NCBI GenBank assembly: GCA_028720145.1
Contig: JAQYLJ010000067.1
Coordinates: 27,890-91,889, forward strand
Source: Clostridia bacterium
GTDB lineage: Bacteria > Bacillota > Clostridia > Oscillospirales > CAG-272
Length of the DNA stretch: 64,000 bases
Reading direction: 5' to 3'
Part shown: positions 63,123-64,000 of the stretch, piece after piece
How the letters are laid out: each line of letters starts with the position of its first letter
How positions within the stretch are numbered: position 1 is the first letter of the stretch
Position numbers and translations under genes: made by a program
Notes under the pieces: generated by a model
What the model was told of the DNA's origin: nothing
What the model saw: only the letters and a program-made list of their open reading frames with translations
The model's database searches: none

Positions 63123-64000
63123 ATGAAAAAAAGAATTCTGTGCCTTGTGCTGGCTGTGGTTCTGATTGGGTCTGCCGTGTTCTTTTTCACCTACGGAAAA
63201 CTGACGGCGTCCTATCCCTATGCCGAGAAGGACATGAGCAAGTATGTGAACATCGCCTCGAAAGAGTTTGTGGAGGCGCTGTATACCGGGGCGAGAGAAC
63301 CCGAAGCGGTATCGGATGATACGGTTCGTTACGCCATCGCCGCGGCGATCGCCAAAGTGGCGAAAGAGACCGATCTCGGCGTGATCGAAGCATACGATAC
63401 GCTGTATGTGAAGTACTACGCCACCATCGAACAGGACGGGAAGACGGTAGTCGTGACCAAGGACGACGCGCTGGATCCCACCAAGAACACCACCGTCCAG
63501 TTGGGCACCGACAGTGATCTCGCCCGTCTGTTTGAAGAGTTCTTGCTCGGGAAGAACGCCGCGGATACCGCTTATACCGTCATCAAAAAGGGCGACAACA
63601 ACCGGATTCTCGTACGGAAAGGGGACAAACTCCACTTCTCGTATAAACTGGAAGACGGTACGGTGACTAAGAATCAGACCGCCGTGGTGAAGGGGAGCGA
63701 CTTCCTCGACTTCATCGCACAGGGCTCCGATATCACCGCGCAGTTCCTCGCCGCCATGTCCGACCCGGGCGTGCTCGTCGGTGAGGATATCACAATTACC
63801 GTCAATGTGCCCGAAGAGGGCGGTAGCGGCACCGTCGAAAAGAAATACACCTTCAATGTGGATTATGTATTCCGCGATAAGGTGATCGGCGGCAATGTGC
63901 AGGAAGGCGATGTCGTCGACATCGAATACTGCGAGATTACCACGGGCGACAACGGCGAAGATGTCGCGGGCGAGAGACTGCCCTACTACGGCATCGCGAC
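63123..64000 (+). CDS. membrane-anchored protein, 3'-truncated by the window edge (possible trigger-factor/FKBP-like foldase)
   Basis: It is absent from the ORF track because no stop is reached. My manual translation from ATG 63123 is stop-free to 64000 (MKKRILCLVLAVVLIGSAVFFF…GDVVDIEYCEITTGDNGEDVAGE). A TTGATT-17-TGtTATAAT promoter lies upstream. Confidence 0.6.
   Translation, partial: MKKRILCLVLAVVLIGSAVFFFTYGKLTASYPYAEKDMSKYVNIASKEFVEALYTGAREPEAVSDDTVRYAIAAAIAKVAKETDLGVIEAYDTLYVKYYATIEQDGKTVVVTKDDALDPTKNTTVQLGTDSDLARLFEEFLLGKNAADTAYTVIKKGDNNRILVRKGDKLHFSYKLEDGTVTKNQTAVVKGSDFLDFIAQGSDITAQFLAAMSDPGVLVGEDITITVNVPEEGGSGTVEKKYTFNVDYVFRDKVIGGNVQEGDVVDIEYCEITTGDNGEDVAGERLPYYGIA

Overview
This 64-kb window looks like a GC-rich Clostridia-type chromosome. 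That is inferred from gene content (PFOR/NifJ, HPr, YtvI-like permease, a CIRCE operator, BirA-BioY, Mfd-PrsA-like pair) and from sigma-A-like promoters. No database search was possible. I can support about 47 protein-coding genes. I saw no rRNA, tRNA, CRISPR array, transposase, integrase or reverse transcriptase. Most of the window is housekeeping: pnp, htpG, ptsH, uvrC-rsmD-coaD, rpmB, mutY-birA, bioY, nadE-pth-mfd, pheA, dusB, trpS, nifJ, maf-nth. Many long ORFs in the six-frame track are antisense or alternate-frame artefacts of the high GC content. The best candidate for an undescribed system is a visibly more AT-rich accessory segment at about 38.0-50.5 kb. It holds an XRE regulator and a divergent BspA-type LRR lipoprotein gene broken by an in-frame TAA. 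It also holds a 7TM-sensor LytS-type histidine kinase with a REC-wHTH (SARP/SAPR-like) response regulator. Next comes a 2048-aa mosaic surface protein (beta-helix-like region, RCC1 repeats, Listeria-Bacteroides repeats, then collagen-like G-X-Y linkers alternating with three short module types, and a C-terminal TM anchor). A translationally coupled membrane protein follows. The giant gene's promoter carries SARP-style heptamer direct repeats with 11-bp phasing, ending 8 bp from the -10 box. Second, a GldA/GldF/GldG-like ABC operon has two GldG paralogues and a 1048-aa membrane-anchored protein. Third, a family of intergenic structured repeats consists of a short word reiterated between unrelated perfect mini-hairpins, plus a conserved 12-bp-stem/25-nt-loop hairpin. 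It occurs at three loci, one of which also has GTAG-tailed REP/BIME-like palindromes. Other notable items are a perfect CIRCE about 200 nt upstream of hsp20, several apparently degenerate enzyme folds (ThyX-like, VanY-like, parvulin-like), a membrane-anchored uL15-like protein, and a roughly 0.95-kb gene-free gap. All domain names come from motif recognition by eye and need HMM or structure confirmation.
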